Under the pieces are notes generated by a model. It had not been told where the DNA came from. It did no database searches and saw only the letters and a list, made by a program, of their open reading frames with translations. DNA of 64,000 nucleotides from Opitutales bacterium (GTDB taxonomy: Bacteria; Verrucomicrobiota; Verrucomicrobiia; Opitutales; UBA2987): positions 288,001 to 352,000 of the forward strand of contig CBDDEL010000011.1 in assembly GCA_965226885.1 (NCBI GenBank). The letters are read 5' to 3'. Positions 39,462 through 51,848 of the stretch are shown piece after piece. The stretch's first letter is position 1. The number at the start of each line of letters is the position of its first letter. A program made the translations under genes and the position numbers.

Positions 39462-40877
39462 TCAGGTGAAAAGAAATTCGTATATTCCACGCGCACCCCA
39501 ACCGGCCAGGAAAAGACCACTCAGGATATTGAGAATACGCAAACCCCAACCCATGCGCAGGGCGCGGGGGAGGAATTTCCAGTCGGTCCAGACCATCAGC
39601 AGGCACCACAGCCCGCAAGTGAATACGCCGCCGAACAAAGCCGCCGGGGTGACAATCTGCACGGGATTTCCGCCCAGCCACATGATGGCCAGACCAACGA
39701 CTCCGCAGTAAGTAACGACCCAGGTTCGCACTTTCTTTAAGGGAGCGCGCCGGACCGCCGGCAATAACGGTTGCAGGCATTCCTTGGTCGTGCGGGTAAA
39801 GAGTTCGTAGGCCGCCAAAATGGTTCCGAAAAAAGCCAGAAACACTCCCGCCTCGTAGAGATAAAGCAGTTTTGGGTGCAAGATGGTGAGAAAGCCCGAT
39901 TGCACGGTGAGCAACTGCTGCCCCTCCGGGACGACTTGTTCCGGGTGCAGGGTGGCCGCCCCCAAAATCACGAAGGCAAATGTGAACAGAACCACACAGA
40001 GGAAGGATATCGAGACATCGCTGAAAGGAGCTTTCAACCATTGTTTGCCAAGGCGAATATTTTCGTCGTCTTCGGCCAAAGACACTCCTTTAGCCCCGCT
40101 CTCGATCTTTTGCCCCAGCAGGCCCCATTTCTTCTCCCGCAACATACCGATATAGCCGAAATAGTCATAAGTGCCTCCACCCACCGCGCCCAGATAGGTG
40201 CCCACTTCGATCCATACGGGGCGGCTGGCGATGACCGGATAAGAGGCCGCCACCCATGGTTCGTAGGAGGGCATCCGCGGGATTACCGAACCCGCCAGGG
40301 CGGCCGCCCAATCGGGCTGGGAAGCCACGCAGGCGACCAGGATGCAGGCCAGAAAAAACGCCACCAAAAAGGTTTGGGTGTACTCCAGGGCGGCGTAAGA
40401 TTGAATGACGGTCAGTGTGATGGCCACGACCACAAAGATCGTCCCCCAGACCCGCGCATCGCCCCAAAGTGGCGTACCCTCCAGCCCTAAAATCCAGATC
40501 GTGAGCCCTCCCAGCATTTTGGGCAAACCGGAAAGCCAGAGGGGAAAGCACAGGATAGACGTAATGGCCAAAATCCAGACCATCCAGCCCCTTGGGCCGG
40601 GTAAATAACTCCAGCGTTCGACGGGATGTTCCCCTGTCAAGGTTATGTAGCGGGCAGCCGTGTAAACCAGGATGAATTTCATCAACCCTCCCCCCAAAAA
40701 GCACCACAGCAAGGTATACCCGAAAATCGCCCCGCCTCTGGAAGCAAACACCGTTTCACCGCTTCCGATGGTGACCGATGCGATGATCGCCCCCGGCCCG
40801 AAAAAGGCGAAGACAGAAAGGAAGCCCCCTTTTTTCAGGGATTCGCCCAATGGGGGATAACGATAGGGCTCTTTCAT
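39462..40877 (-). CDS. NRAMP-like divalent-cation/solute transporter
   Basis: GPGAIIASVTIGSGE, GYTLLW and TGE motifs; about 11 TM segments. Confidence 0.8.
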   Translation of the reverse strand: MKEPYRYPPLGESLKKGGFLSVFAFFGPGAIIASVTIGSGETVFASRGGAIFGYTLLWCFLGGGLMKFILVYTAARYITLTGEHPVERWSYLPGPRGWMVWILAITSILCFPLWLSGLPKMLGGLTIWILGLEGTPLWGDARVWGTIFVVVAITLTVIQSYAALEYTQTFLVAFFLACILVACVASQPDWAAALAGSVIPRMPSYEPWVAASYPVIASRPVWIEVGTYLGAVGGGTYDYFGYIGMLREKKWGLLGQKIESGAKGVSLAEDDENIRLGKQWLKAPFSDVSISFLCVVLFTFAFVILGAATLHPEQVVPEGQQLLTVQSGFLTILHPKLLYLYEAGVFLAFFGTILAAYELFTRTTKECLQPLLPAVRRAPLKKVRTWVVTYCGVVGLAIMWLGGNPVQIVTPAALFGGVFTCGLWCLLMVWTDWKFLPRALRMGWGLRILNILSGLFLAGWGARGIYEFLFT

Positions 40878-40985
40878 AACAGGAGATGCTTGCGACGCTT
40901 GCTCTTTCAGCTATTGTCCTATCAACAAACAATAAAATTAAATACTGGTCAATCAATAGAATCGGTTCCGGAGGCACCCATTTTC

Positions 40986-42767
40986 ATGAAAACTTCTCAT
41001 ACTCTTCAACTAACCGCAATACTGATTCTGTCTTCCATTATTTTTGTGACGGCGAATCCGATTCTCTTGATTGGGAACAAATCCGACGACACGCTTACCT
41101 TTGTCGATGCCGAAACGCTCGCCGTGCTGGGCGAGACGACCACGGGGCGGGGACCTCACGAATTGGTGGCCACTCCCGATGGCAAATGGGCCTACGTGGC
41201 CAATTACGAAGGAGCGGGCGACAGCCTTTCTCTCATCGACATCGAGAACCGCAGGGAAGTTAAAAAAATTCCCTTGAAACCTTATTTTGGGCCGCACGGA
41301 ATTACGATTTCCAAAGATGGTTCCAAAATCTATGCCACTTGCCAGCGAAGCCAATGCGTCATCGGGTAGTGTATTAAGTAGGAATGGTGGCTAATTCTTG
41401 ATTATATTGATGAATGAAAAGTCTCAGACAGGTTTCATGCATACTCTTAAGCTTGGAAAAGGAGAGGGTTTTGCGTGTGAAACGACCCAGTCGTTGGCGC
41501 AGGGTATTGTTCCATCGTTCCACATGGGCCGTTTCACCGGTTTCTTTTCCCACGGATCGGTTATGAGGAAAGACTTCATCATAAGTGCTCCAAAAGTCGC
41601 TGTAGGTGGCACATCTTTTGTAGGCCCGTGGCAGACGCTCGTAAAGTTCCCGGCAACGATACCAATCCCGAGGCCCAATGGCATAGGAGAGGATTTGACG
41701 GGTGCGTCGGCAAAGAGCGATCCAAACCCATTGGGCATCGCTCTTGCGCCCCACAAAAGACCACAGTTCGTCCAGTTCAATGACATCATGGCGGCGGGCC
41801 GCAAGAATCGTGCTTTTGAGCGGTCGCAGCGATTGTCGTTTTTTTTAACCAACTCAAAACGGTGTTGGGACTCACCCCGAAGGCGCGCTGTAAACCGCGT
41901 AGACTGCTGCGTTCCTGATAGACTCGAAGGATCATTTCTTTTTGCTCTTCGGTGTATTTCACTGTGGGGTTTTCGCGGCTTTGTTTACCACAATCATGGC
42001 AGCGGTAGCGCTGTTTATGGTTGGGCGTCTTGCCAAATTTAATGATATTTTCACTTCCACAGTGCCGACAATTAATAATTTTAGTAACCATGCACTAAAA
42101 ATAAACTGCCTAACGCTATTTGTACAGCTAAAAATACAAAATAACATTCTTTTTTTATACACTACCCGTCATCGAACTGGACACCGAAAAACAGGAGGTT
42201 GCGCGCATTTTTAAAACCGGCCAGAAAGGAACCCACATGCTCGTCCTTTCACCGGACGAAAAAAAGATTTTTACCGCCAATATGGGCAGCGGCAGCGTTA
42301 CCGTAATCGATCTGGAAAAAGGAGTTGCCATTGCCAACATCAAAACGGGTGAGGAATGCGAAGGGATCGACATCACCCCGGACGGCAAAGAAGTATGGGC
42401 CAGCAACCGGGCCGAGGACACCATTTCGATTATCGACGCCTCCAGCCATGAGGTGGTTGCGACCATTTCCTGCCAAGGTTTTCCTATTCGCGTAAAAATA
42501 ACCCCCAAGGGCGACCTGGCTTTGGTCTCCTGCGCCCGGCGCAATGAGGTGGCGGTCTTCGACGTGGCCGCTCGAAAACTCCTCCAACGTATCCCCACCG
42601 GAACATCCCCGGTCGGCATTCTCATCGAACCGAACGGAAAACGGGCATTCATCGCCAACACACGCAGCGACAAAGTAATCGTGCTGGATTTGAAATCTCT
42701 AAAAATTACGGGATCGATTGCCGCAGGCAACACGCCCGATGGTTTGGCCTGGGCCATTGCCCATTAA
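40986..42767 (+). pseudogene. Secreted YncE/YVTN beta-propeller protein interrupted by IS1
   Basis: Repeats of the type G..PH....TPDGK.AYVAN; frame restored (...QCVI-ELDTEK...) after removing the IS. Confidence 0.9.
41365..42166 (-). mobile_element. IS1-family copy 4 (802 bp)
   Basis: Complete; 8-bp target duplication CGTCATCG. Confidence 0.95.
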
Positions 42768-42801
42768 TTGGATTGCCGCGGCTAAACGGCAGGCGCGCAA
42801 C

Positions 42802-43782
42802 TCAATCCCTGCGCCGGTTTTCCCATACTTCAGGATTCAGCAAAGTTGGGGGCTGCTCGCCCCGCAAAGCCATCAGCATGTTGCGGGTCGCCACGGTGAT
42901 TGCCTTATGCATCATTTCCCGCGTGACTCCGGCGATGTGGGGGCTGGCTACTACATTTTCTAGATAGCGCAGGGGATTGTCCACGGCGGTGGGTTCCGTT
43001 TCCCAAACATCCAGGGCCGCTCCCGCCAATTGGCCACTTTGCAGCGCCTCCAATAAATCCGCCTCGACCACGAGCGCTCCCCGGGCTACATTGATGAGGT
43101 AAGAGCCTTTTTTCATCTGCGCCAGGCTCTCTTTATTGATCATGCCTTGGGTCTCCGGCAGGGCGGGCACATGCAGGGAAACCATATCGGACTTTTGATA
43201 CAAATCGGATAGATCCTTCAATAGTTCCACGCCCAGCTCCCTGGCCCGCTCGGCCGAAACGAATGGATCGTAGGCCACCACTTTCATTCCAAATACGTGC
43301 GCTATTTCCACCATACGCCCACCGATTCGCCCAAGCCCCACAAGACCGAGCGTTTTTCCCACCAGTTCAAACCCCGTCTGTTTTTTAACCTTGGGCCATT
43401 GACCCTCTTTCATGGTTTTATTAGCCACCGTGATGTTGCGGGCCAGATTGAGGATAAAACCGAAGGCCAGTTCAGCCGTCGATTCAGTGGGCGCATCCGG
43501 TGTGTTCATGACACAAACTCCGTGTTCGGTGGCCATCTGTAAATCGACGCTGTCGTAGCCGATGCCGAGCCGGGTGAGCACTTTGAGTTTTTTGGCCCTC
43601 ACATAGGTGGCGTTCTGGCTGGCCGGAAAAACGGCGCCGATGAAGGCCGCGTCGGCTTCCTCCAATTCATCCAATGGATCGTCCGGATTCGGGTTTACGT
43701 TCGGGCCGATTAATTGCGCCTCTTTTCTGACTATTTCCAAAGTTTCCGGGGGAACCCCCAAATCGTACCAAACTTTAATCAT
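42802..43782 (-). CDS. D-isomer-specific 2-hydroxyacid dehydrogenase (SerA catalytic-domain-like)
   Basis: GIGYDSVD, GLVGLGRIG, INVARG, ALDVWETEP and SPHIAG motifs. Confidence 0.9.
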   Translation of the reverse strand: MIKVWYDLGVPPETLEIVRKEAQLIGPNVNPNPDDPLDELEEADAAFIGAVFPASQNATYVRAKKLKVLTRLGIGYDSVDLQMATEHGVCVMNTPDAPTESTAELAFGFILNLARNITVANKTMKEGQWPKVKKQTGFELVGKTLGLVGLGRIGGRMVEIAHVFGMKVVAYDPFVSAERARELGVELLKDLSDLYQKSDMVSLHVPALPETQGMINKESLAQMKKGSYLINVARGALVVEADLLEALQSGQLAGAALDVWETEPTAVDNPLRYLENVVASPHIAGVTREMMHKAITVATRNMLMALRGEQPPTLLNPEVWENRRRD

Positions 43783-43881
43783 AATAATTTAAATGCTAGA
43801 ACCTATCTTAATAACTGTTTTCGTTTTCGAGGCATTTTGCGCCCCTTAAAGTAATAAACCATACATGCGCATTGCTGTAGG

Positions 43882-45291
43882 TCAAATATCGCTTTGCCAA
43901 TTCTTTAATTCCTCCACCGTTTTAACGTAAGGCTTGAGCGATAAATAGAGAATGAGGGCGGCAAGCAGATGGGCGCCTAGACCGACGCAAAAGAGGGAAT
44001 AACGCAGCATCTGCAAATCCATGAAAACGTGTTCGGTCAGGTAGGCGATGGCGGTAGGCCCCAGCCCCAGCCCGATGATATTGATGACAAACAGATAAAT
44101 GGCGGAGGCTTGCCCACGCATTTGCGGTGGCATCATTTCCTGAATGGCGGCGGCGGCGCATCCAAACGGCATGGCGCCGGCAAAGAGAGTGGGAAATATA
44201 AAGACCAGGGACCAGGTCGCCGATGGCATAAGCGGATAAAGAGCGCCAAAAGGCAGCCAGACCACAGCGGCTATGAAGATGGCCAGCATGTTGGCGCTTT
44301 TGTATCCCCGGCGGGTCAAAAAATCGGCCAATCTTCCCCCGCATAGAACACCGGAAGCGCCTGCCGCCATGGTTACGAGACCGTACCAAATGCCTCCCTG
44401 CCCCGGCGACCAGCCATAAGTGCGCCCCAAAAAAGCCAAGTCCCAAAATCCCCCGGAATAAGCGGCTAGGGATAGAAAAGCCACTCCCAGGTTGTGGCAA
44501 AGGACCGTTTTCCAATTTTTTTTCAGATAGCACAACACCACACCCACCGGAACCTGGGTGGCCTGTTTCCCTTTTCCCGAAATCACACCCCGCCGAATCG
44601 GTTCCTTCACCGTCCAGAGTAGCGACGTCAAGACCAACCCCGGCAGGCCAACGGCAAAAAAGACCATCTGCCAGGGGCGCAAATCGCCCACAATGGGGAA
44701 TGGTGCTCCCTCCCGAGCCTCCACGAGGTGCGTCGCCCAATCGAAAATTATGGCCCCGCCGGTAAATGCCGCCCCCGAGCCGAAATAGATGCCCATCGAA
44801 TAAACACTCAGGGCGGTGGCCAGTTTGTGCCGCGGAAAATAATCGGCGATGAGGGAGAATGCGGCCGGGGAGAGAGTCGCCTCCCCCACCCCTACCCCCA
44901 TACGCAGTAGGAGCAGTTGCCAGAAACGCCCGGCAAATCCGCACAAAGCAGTCATGGCACTCCACAGGGCCACTCCACAGGCAATGATGCTCTTACGGTT
45001 ACGGGAGTCGGCCAGCCGCCCAATGGGTATCCCGAAGATGGTGTAAAATATGACAAAACTCAATCCGCCAATGTAGCTAACCTGTAGGTCTGTCAGCCCC
45101 AAATCGGCCTTCATCGGCTCCACCAGCAAGGCGATAATCTGGCGGTCCACAAAGGAAAGGATGTAAAAAACCATGAGCACCCCGACCACATACCAGGCAT
45201 AACCTTCGCGTGGATAGGGTGGCTCTGCCCTTACGTCACTCGCGGCGGGAGCGTCACCACTATTTTCTACAATATCCGTTGGTTCAGCCAT
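43882..45291 (-). CDS. MFS transporter (spinster-like)
   Basis: SFVDRQII, GRLADSRNR, RMGVGVGEA and LIADYFP motifs. Confidence 0.88.
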   Translation of the reverse strand: MAEPTDIVENSGDAPAASDVRAEPPYPREGYAWYVVGVLMVFYILSFVDRQIIALLVEPMKADLGLTDLQVSYIGGLSFVIFYTIFGIPIGRLADSRNRKSIIACGVALWSAMTALCGFAGRFWQLLLLRMGVGVGEATLSPAAFSLIADYFPRHKLATALSVYSMGIYFGSGAAFTGGAIIFDWATHLVEAREGAPFPIVGDLRPWQMVFFAVGLPGLVLTSLLWTVKEPIRRGVISGKGKQATQVPVGVVLCYLKKNWKTVLCHNLGVAFLSLAAYSGGFWDLAFLGRTYGWSPGQGGIWYGLVTMAAGASGVLCGGRLADFLTRRGYKSANMLAIFIAAVVWLPFGALYPLMPSATWSLVFIFPTLFAGAMPFGCAAAAIQEMMPPQMRGQASAIYLFVINIIGLGLGPTAIAYLTEHVFMDLQMLRYSLFCVGLGAHLLAALILYLSLKPYVKTVEELKNWQSDI

Positions 45292-45405
45292 TGTGCCTGG
45301 CCCACGAAGCATTCCCCAAAGCCGGAAGAAGTCAAGGGAGGAGCCACCAGCCCGACCACGGAACTATATAAATCCCGCAACTCATCCGGCTTCCCTGCAT
45401 ACAAA

Positions 45406-46830
45406 TTAATACTTGTAGTGGGCCGCTTTGTAGGGTCCGTTGACCGGCACCCCAATGTAGTCGGCCTGTTCCTGAGAGAGGACAGTTAGTTTGGCCCCAA
45501 TTTTATCCAGGTGCAGGCGGGCCACCTCTTCATCCAGTTCCTTAGGCAATACGTAAACGCCGGGTGTGTATTTTTCCAGACTTTCCCATAGATCGACCTG
45601 GGCCAGCACTTGGTTGGTAAAGGAGTTGGACATGACAAAAGAGGGGTGCCCGGTGGCGCAGCCCAGATTGACCAGACGACCCTCAGCCAGCATGAATACC
45701 TGGTGCCCATCCGGGAATGTGTAGCGGTCCACTTGCGGTTTGATGTTTTCTTTGACCACCCCTTCTTCGACATTCAGTTTTTCGACCTGGATTTCGTTGT
45801 CGAAATGCCCGATATTGCAAACGATGGCCTGGTCTTTCATGCGGGCCATGTGGGCGGTTGTGATGATATCCTTGTTGCCTGTGGTGGTGACGTAAATATT
45901 GCCCTCCCCGAGGGAATCTTCCAAAGGTTTGACCTCAAAACCCTCCATGGCCGCTTGCAAGGCGCAAATGGGATCGATTTCGTTCACGATTACCCGTGCA
46001 CCCTGGAACCGGAGCGCTTGGGTACAGCCTTTGCCCACATCTCCGTAACCGCAGACGACGGCTGTTTTTCCCGCGATCATCACGTCCGTGGCCCGTTTGA
46101 TGCCGTCGATCAATGACTCCCGGCAGCCGTAAAGGTTGTCGAATTTCGACTTGGTAACCGAATCGTTTACGTTGATGGCAGGAACAAGCAGGGTGCCCGC
46201 TTCCTGCATTTGATAGAGGCGGTGCACACCGGTAGTGGTCTCTTCGGAGACGCCTTTCCATTCCTTGACCACATTGTTCCAATGGATGGGGTCTTCGGAA
46301 AGTATTTTCCTCAACAGGTCTTTAATGACGCCTTCTTCGATGCTTCCGGAAGCATCGTCGATCCATCGGCTGCCATTCTCCAGTTCATAGCCTTTGTGAA
46401 TGAGGAGGGTGGCGTCGCCCCCGTCATCGACGATCAGCCGGGGCCCTTTGCCATCGGGCCAGGTCATGGCTTGGTAGGTGCACCACCAGTATTCCTCAAG
46501 GCTCTCCCCCTTCCAGGCAAAAACCGGCACTCCGGCAATGGCCATGGCTGCGGCGGCGTGGTCCTGAGTGGAAAAAATATTGCAACTGCACCAGCGAATA
46601 TCGGCCCCCAGGTCCCGCAGGGTCTCGATGAGGACCGCCGTTTGCACCGTCATGTGCAGGGAACCCATGATGCGTACGCCGCCCAGGGGCATTTTACCGG
46701 CGTATTTTTCCCTCAAAGCCATGAGCCCGGGCATTTCTTTTTCTGCGATGCCTATTTCGCTGCGTCCCCAGTCGGCCAGGTTGATGTCTTTGACTTTGTA
46801 ATCCTGCGCAACTTCGGTTTTTGTACTCAT
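45406..46830 (-). CDS. ahcY: Adenosylhomocysteinase
   Basis: [38 protein letters not shown] and [18 protein letters not shown] motifs. Confidence 0.98.
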   Translation of the reverse strand: MSTKTEVAQDYKVKDINLADWGRSEIGIAEKEMPGLMALREKYAGKMPLGGVRIMGSLHMTVQTAVLIETLRDLGADIRWCSCNIFSTQDHAAAAMAIAGVPVFAWKGESLEEYWWCTYQAMTWPDGKGPRLIVDDGGDATLLIHKGYELENGSRWIDDASGSIEEGVIKDLLRKILSEDPIHWNNVVKEWKGVSEETTTGVHRLYQMQEAGTLLVPAINVNDSVTKSKFDNLYGCRESLIDGIKRATDVMIAGKTAVVCGYGDVGKGCTQALRFQGARVIVNEIDPICALQAAMEGFEVKPLEDSLGEGNIYVTTTGNKDIITTAHMARMKDQAIVCNIGHFDNEIQVEKLNVEEGVVKENIKPQVDRYTFPDGHQVFMLAEGRLVNLGCATGHPSFVMSNSFTNQVLAQVDLWESLEKYTPGVYVLPKELDEEVARLHLDKIGAKLTVLSQEQADYIGVPVNGPYKAAHYKY

Positions 46831-46899
46831 AACATTAAATAATCAGTATTGAAGGTTGGGGCGACTGGCCGCGCTTGCGAACTTCGCCGGGGGGATGCC

Positions 46900-48066
46900 T
46901 TATCCCAGTTGTTTTAACAATTGGCCGGTTCGATTAACCTGTTCCCATGGATGATCCTGTTTGGTAAAATGTCCGTATTGGGTGGTTTGGCGGTAAATGG
47001 GCCGCAATAAGTCGAGCTGCTTTATTATTTCCGCCGGCTTGAAGCTGAATACCGCTTTAATTGCATCCGTCAATCGCCCATCGGAAACCTTGCCGGTGCC
47101 GAAAGTATTGGTCAGGATACTGGTCGGCTCAGGATAACCGATGGCGTAGGCGACCTGTAATTCAACCCGATCGGCCAGACCCGCGGCAACGATGTTCTTG
47201 GCCACCCATCGGCACATGTAGGCCGCCGAGCGATCTACTTTCGAGGCGTCCTTACCGGAAAAAGCCCCTCCGCCATGCCGGGACCATCCTCCGTAGGTAT
47301 CGACAATAATTTTACGCCCGGTCAGACCGGCATCGCCTTGTGGCCCCCCGATGACAAATTTTCCGGTCGGATTGATGAAGTAATCGGTATTTTTGGTTAA
47401 AAGTTTTTTCGGCAAAACTTTGGGGATCACCTTCCCGATGATAAAATCGGATATGGTGGCATGTTCGGTTTCCTCTGTGTGCTGCGTCGATACCACTATG
47501 CTGGCGATTTCGATCGGCCCTTTGGAGTTATAAACCACCGCCACCTGTGATTTGCAATCGGGCCGGAGCCATTTCTGCCTTCCCGAGCGGCGAACGCGGG
47601 CCAGCTCCTGATTGATGCGGTGGGCATACATGATGGCCGCCGGCATCAACTCCTTGGTTTCATTGCAGGCATAGCCGAACATGATGCCCTGGTCCCCGGC
47701 CCCCTGCTCCGCGCTTTTCTTGCCTTTTGCCCGTTTGGCGTCCACCCCCTGGGCAATATCGGGGGACTGCTGGGTCAAATGGTTGGCAATAAAAACCGTG
47801 TCGGCGTGAAAAACATCGTCGTTGTTGACATAACCGATATCCCTGATGGCCTGGCGCACGACCTGGTCGTAATTGACATCGGCCTTGGTGGAAATCTCCC
47901 CCGCCAGAAAAACGCAATTGCTTTTAACCAATGTTTCGCAGGCTACCCGGCTGGTCGGATCTTGCTCCAGGCAGGCATCCAGGATGCTGTCGGAGATGTA
48001 GTCGGCCACCTTGTCGGGATGCCCCTCGCCCACTGATTCAGAGGAAAATATGAACTCTTCTGCCAT
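46900..48066 (-). CDS. metK: S-adenosylmethionine synthetase
   Basis: [31 protein letters not shown] and GGGAFSGKD motifs. Confidence 0.98.
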   Translation of the reverse strand: MAEEFIFSSESVGEGHPDKVADYISDSILDACLEQDPTSRVACETLVKSNCVFLAGEISTKADVNYDQVVRQAIRDIGYVNNDDVFHADTVFIANHLTQQSPDIAQGVDAKRAKGKKSAEQGAGDQGIMFGYACNETKELMPAAIMYAHRINQELARVRRSGRQKWLRPDCKSQVAVVYNSKGPIEIASIVVSTQHTEETEHATISDFIIGKVIPKVLPKKLLTKNTDYFINPTGKFVIGGPQGDAGLTGRKIIVDTYGGWSRHGGGAFSGKDASKVDRSAAYMCRWVAKNIVAAGLADRVELQVAYAIGYPEPTSILTNTFGTGKVSDGRLTDAIKAVFSFKPAEIIKQLDLLRPIYRQTTQYGHFTKQDHPWEQVNRTGQLLKQLG

Positions 48067-48106
48067 AAAAGTTGTTTAATATCGGATTTATTGCCGAAAT
48101 TTTCAA

Positions 48107-48147
48107 TAAAACCCTCCATGCGCAAAACGGGTTTCCGCGTGGAGAGG
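48107..48147 (-). terminator. Probable rho-independent terminator after pck
   Basis: Minus strand: CTCCACGCG...CGCATGGAG stem followed by TTTTATT. Confidence 0.55.
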
Positions 48148-48157
48148 CGGATAAAAG

Positions 48158-49939
48158 CTAAAGACGGGAAACCAGCGATTGCCTTTCAAAAATGAGTTCC
48201 TTGGGCAATCTCTCGGCCAGCTTTAAATACAATTCCTCGTGGCTGAGGGTTTGCAGCTTCAACCGTTTCGGGTCGACAGCCATCAATTCGTTCCACTGCT
48301 CCTCGGTCATGTCGAGCCCCTCCAAATTCATATCGGAGATGCGGGGGACCCACCCGATTGGCGTTTCCACGGCTCCCGCTCGATCCAGAGAACGCTCCAC
48401 GATCCACTTGAGCACCCGCATATTTTGGCCATAGCCAGGCCAGAGAAATTTTCCCTCCTCGTTTTTGCGAAACCAGTTGACGTGGAAAATCCGGGGCGGC
48501 TGCGCCAGGGTCTTGCCCAATTGCAGCCAGTGTTTAAAATAATCCCCCATATGGTAGCCGCAAAAGGGCAGCATGGCCATCGGGTCGGTGCGCAATGCGC
48601 CTAACTGGCCCTCGGCCGCAGCCGTCATTTCGGAACCCATGGTGGCTCCTACGTAAACGCCGTGGGCCCAGTTGTAAGCCTGAAATACTAGGGGCACATC
48701 GTGCATCCGGCGCCCACCGAAGATAAAGGAGCTGATGGGCACACCACGCGGGTCTTCCCAGGCCGGATCGATAGTGGGGCACTGCCCGGCGGGGGCCGTG
48801 AAACGGGAGTTCGGATGCGCCGCCACCCGGCCGCAATCGGGCGTCCAGTCGTTGCCCAGCCAGTCGATGAGGTGGGCGGGAGCCTCTTCGGTCATTTCCT
48901 CCCACCAGACATCTCCGTCGTCGGTCAGGGCCACATTGGTAAAAATGGCGTTTTCGAGCATGGAATCCATGGCATTGGGATTGGTGTCGTAGGACGTGCC
49001 CGGTGCCACCCCGAAAAAGCCCGCCTCTGGATTGATGGCGTAAAAACGCCCATCCGCTCCCGGTTTGATCCAGGCAATATCGTCGCCAATGGTTGAAATC
49101 TTCCAGTCAGACATTTCATCCGGCGGGATAAGCATGGCGAAATTGGTTTTGCCGCAGGCGCTGGGAAAAGCGGCCGAAACATAGGTTTTATCACCCTCCG
49201 GCGATTCTACCCCTAAAATCAGCATATGCTCGGCCAGCCAGCCTTCGTCCCGCGCCATGCAGGAAGCGATCCGCAGGGCCAGGCATTTTTTGCCCAGCAA
49301 GGCGTTGCCTCCATAACCGCTTCCATAAGAGAATATCGAGCGCTCCTCGGGAAAGTGGACGATGTAGCGATTGTCGGGATTGCAGGGCCAGGAAACATCT
49401 GCTTGGCCTTCGGCCAGCGGATGGCCGACAGAGTGCAGGCAGGGGACAAAAAACCCGTCCTCACCCAGAACCTCGAGAACTTTTTCACCGATCCGGGTCA
49501 TGATGCGCATATTGACGACCACATAGGGAGAATCCGTTAATTCCACCCCGATATGGGAAATGGGCGAACCGATGGGTCCCATGCTGAAGGGTATGACGTA
49601 AAGAGTGCGCCCCTTCATACAGCCTTCGAACAAACCGTCCAGGGTGCGGTGCATTTCCACCGGCTCGGCCCAATTGCTCATGGGGCCGGTGTCGGCTTCA
49701 TCGACACTGCATATATATGTGCGGTCTTCCACCCGGGCCACATCCCGCGGATCGGAGCGGCAAAGGAAGCTATTGGGCCGTTTTTCCGGGTTCAGACGGA
49801 TAAAAGTTTCACTTTGCACCATCAAATCGCAAAGAGATGCGTTTTCCTCAGCGGAACCGTCGCACCAATGGACATCGTCCGGCTGGCAAAGCTTTTTTAC
49901 ATTTTCGACCCATTCGTTGAGGGCTTTGTGATTATTCAT
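48158..49939 (-). CDS. pckG: Phosphoenolpyruvate carboxykinase (GTP)
   Basis: [44 protein letters not shown] and HPNSRF motifs. Confidence 0.97.
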   Translation of the reverse strand: MNNHKALNEWVENVKKLCQPDDVHWCDGSAEENASLCDLMVQSETFIRLNPEKRPNSFLCRSDPRDVARVEDRTYICSVDEADTGPMSNWAEPVEMHRTLDGLFEGCMKGRTLYVIPFSMGPIGSPISHIGVELTDSPYVVVNMRIMTRIGEKVLEVLGEDGFFVPCLHSVGHPLAEGQADVSWPCNPDNRYIVHFPEERSIFSYGSGYGGNALLGKKCLALRIASCMARDEGWLAEHMLILGVESPEGDKTYVSAAFPSACGKTNFAMLIPPDEMSDWKISTIGDDIAWIKPGADGRFYAINPEAGFFGVAPGTSYDTNPNAMDSMLENAIFTNVALTDDGDVWWEEMTEEAPAHLIDWLGNDWTPDCGRVAAHPNSRFTAPAGQCPTIDPAWEDPRGVPISSFIFGGRRMHDVPLVFQAYNWAHGVYVGATMGSEMTAAAEGQLGALRTDPMAMLPFCGYHMGDYFKHWLQLGKTLAQPPRIFHVNWFRKNEEGKFLWPGYGQNMRVLKWIVERSLDRAGAVETPIGWVPRISDMNLEGLDMTEEQWNELMAVDPKRLKLQTLSHEELYLKLAERLPKELIFERQSLVSRL

Positions 49940-50105
49940 GATACTATTTTCAGGTATGGTGATTTCTCAGGTTTATGGAAAAAACACTCCTTCATAGTTC
50001 GTGGAAAATAATTGGCAACCATTAATGAAAAATTCTCCCTCCCGGTGCGTATCCAAATCAAAAACGCTTGGTTTTAGGAAATGGGGCGCATAAAGTGCGG
50101 AGTTC

Positions 50106-50507
50106 ATGATCGAATCGACAACGAAAATTCGGGTGCGATACGTCGAAACCGACAAGATGGGCGTCGTTTACCACGGCAATTACTTCACCTGGTTCGAAGT
50201 CGGGCGCGTACTCCTGCTGGACGAGGTTGGGCTGCCCTACCGCGAGATGGAGGCCTCCGGCTATGGGCTGCCGGTTCTGGAAGCGACGGCCCGATACCAC
50301 CGCCCGGCCTCTTTCGACGACCGGCTGACCATCAAAACCTGCATCCGCGAAAAACCCACGGTGCGAATGAACATCGATTACGAAGTATGGAAAAACGATA
50401 CCCTCATCTGCACCGGAACCACCCGCCACGCCTTCGTCGATAAAAACGGCGCACCCACCCGACCACCCACCGAATTCACGAAGCGCATGGGAGCTTATTT
50501 TAAATAA
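50106..50507 (+). CDS. Acyl-CoA thioesterase (YbgC/FadM family)
   Basis: RVRYVETDKMGVVYHGNYFTWFEVGR motif. Confidence 0.92.
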   Translation: MIESTTKIRVRYVETDKMGVVYHGNYFTWFEVGRVLLLDEVGLPYREMEASGYGLPVLEATARYHRPASFDDRLTIKTCIREKPTVRMNIDYEVWKNDTLICTGTTRHAFVDKNGAPTRPPTEFTKRMGAYFK

Positions 50508-50558
50508 TCTCAAAAACTCCAATTCGACCTATTTTACGGCCAAAGATGCCCGCATTAG

Positions 50559-51098
50559 TCAATAATCAGGTAGCTTCTTTTCGGTAGATGCGGCATTTCG
50601 GTAGATGCGGCAGACATGGGCCGCCACTTCGGTGATGCTCCGGTTTTCAGTGGTTACGCCGGTGCCCGCGCTCATGTAAATGGCATTCCGTTTTTCCAAC
50701 AGGTCCCGTATCTCCTCCTCTGGCTTGTCCACGTTGAGCAAGGGCCGTTTCTGGGTTCGGGAGGTGCGCTCAAGAATGGAGTCAGTGGAGGCAAATAGGC
50801 AGACCACGACCCCTTTGGACTTGAGCTTATCCAGTATGCCCGGCTGCATCACCAGGCCGCCCCCGCAGGCCACCACGCATCCATGCCCTGGGTGCCCCGT
50901 TTCCACGAATTCCCTCTCCATTTTGCGGAAAGTTTCTTCTCCCTGCTCCCGGAAAATTTCTTTAATCGTCATGGCCGTCTTTTTTTCGATTTCCACGTCC
51001 GAATCGAGGAATTGCAATTCGAATTTACGGGCCACCTTGCGACCGACAGCCGTTTTGCCGGTCCCCATGAAGCCGACGATATAAAGATTAGATTTCAT
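50559..51098 (-). CDS. aroK: Shikimate kinase
   Basis: GFMGTGKTAVG, DSD, GEETFR, CGGG and RPLL motifs. Confidence 0.95.
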   Translation of the reverse strand: MKSNLYIVGFMGTGKTAVGRKVARKFELQFLDSDVEIEKKTAMTIKEIFREQGEETFRKMEREFVETGHPGHGCVVACGGGLVMQPGILDKLKSKGVVVCLFASTDSILERTSRTQKRPLLNVDKPEEEIRDLLEKRNAIYMSAGTGVTTENRSITEVAAHVCRIYRNAASTEKKLPDY

Positions 51099-51253
51099 TC
51101 TTTGAGTCCAATAGTGGGCACGGGCCAGGTTTCATCACCTGCCTATCTGTTTTTTATGAGAGTGAATATAAATATTCCCCGCCTGGAAAGGCTTGCCAAG
51201 CAGAAACTAAAGCTCTGTTTTCATCTACTCCATTTCCCAAAGCCTGCCGAACC

Positions 51254-51754
51254 ATGAAACTAAGGCCATTTCAACCTGAGGACAAAGATGGCGTCATTGC
51301 CTTGATAGACCGGGTCTTGAGAGAATACGGCGACAAGGTGTGGCTGGAGGGCACCGATAAAGACCTGCTGGATATCGAGGGAGGCTACCCGGACCGGGGC
51401 GGTGCCTTTATAGTATTGGAAAAGAATGGTGAAATACTGGGCACCCATGCCGTTGCGCCGATTCCGCAAAGGCCCGGGGTGGCGAATTTTCGACGGCTTT
51501 ACCTTTGCCATACCCTTCGGGGTGCAAGATTTGGCGACCTATTAATGCAGTGGGCAATCGACTGGGCCCGGGAAAATCGCTACAAACGGGTGGAATTTTG
51601 GTCCGACAGGCGTTTTTCGCGCGGCCATCGTTTTTTTGCCAAATTTCAGTTCCAAAGCACCGGGGAAGAAAGGCAAATGAATGATAGTTGGGAGCCTTAC
51701 CAAGAACTTTTTTTCTACCGTGAATTCAACGAACCGGCAACCCCTCAAGATTGA
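51254..51754 (+). CDS. GNAT-family N-acetyltransferase
   Basis: RRLYL...RGARFG..L acetyl-CoA motif. Confidence 0.85.
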   Translation: MKLRPFQPEDKDGVIALIDRVLREYGDKVWLEGTDKDLLDIEGGYPDRGGAFIVLEKNGEILGTHAVAPIPQRPGVANFRRLYLCHTLRGARFGDLLMQWAIDWARENRYKRVEFWSDRRFSRGHRFFAKFQFQSTGEERQMNDSWEPYQELFFYREFNEPATPQD

Positions 51755-51848
51755 TGTCTCAGGCCGCTAAAATCGCGTAGAAAAATTATTGTTTTCTCTA
51801 TGTTCGCAAATTCCTTGCCGTTGCCATGATTTCCTGTATTTTTAGTTC

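Noticed and set aside
39145..40041. 298-aa ORF overlapping the NRAMP-like gene
   Set aside because: Alternative-frame artefact; only its last part corresponds to the start of the epimerase pseudogene.
46831..46899. SAH or SAM riboswitch before ahcY, or before metK at 48067-48157
   Set aside because: The spacers are short and I could not find the conserved aptamer motifs; the hairpin before metK looks like a terminator.
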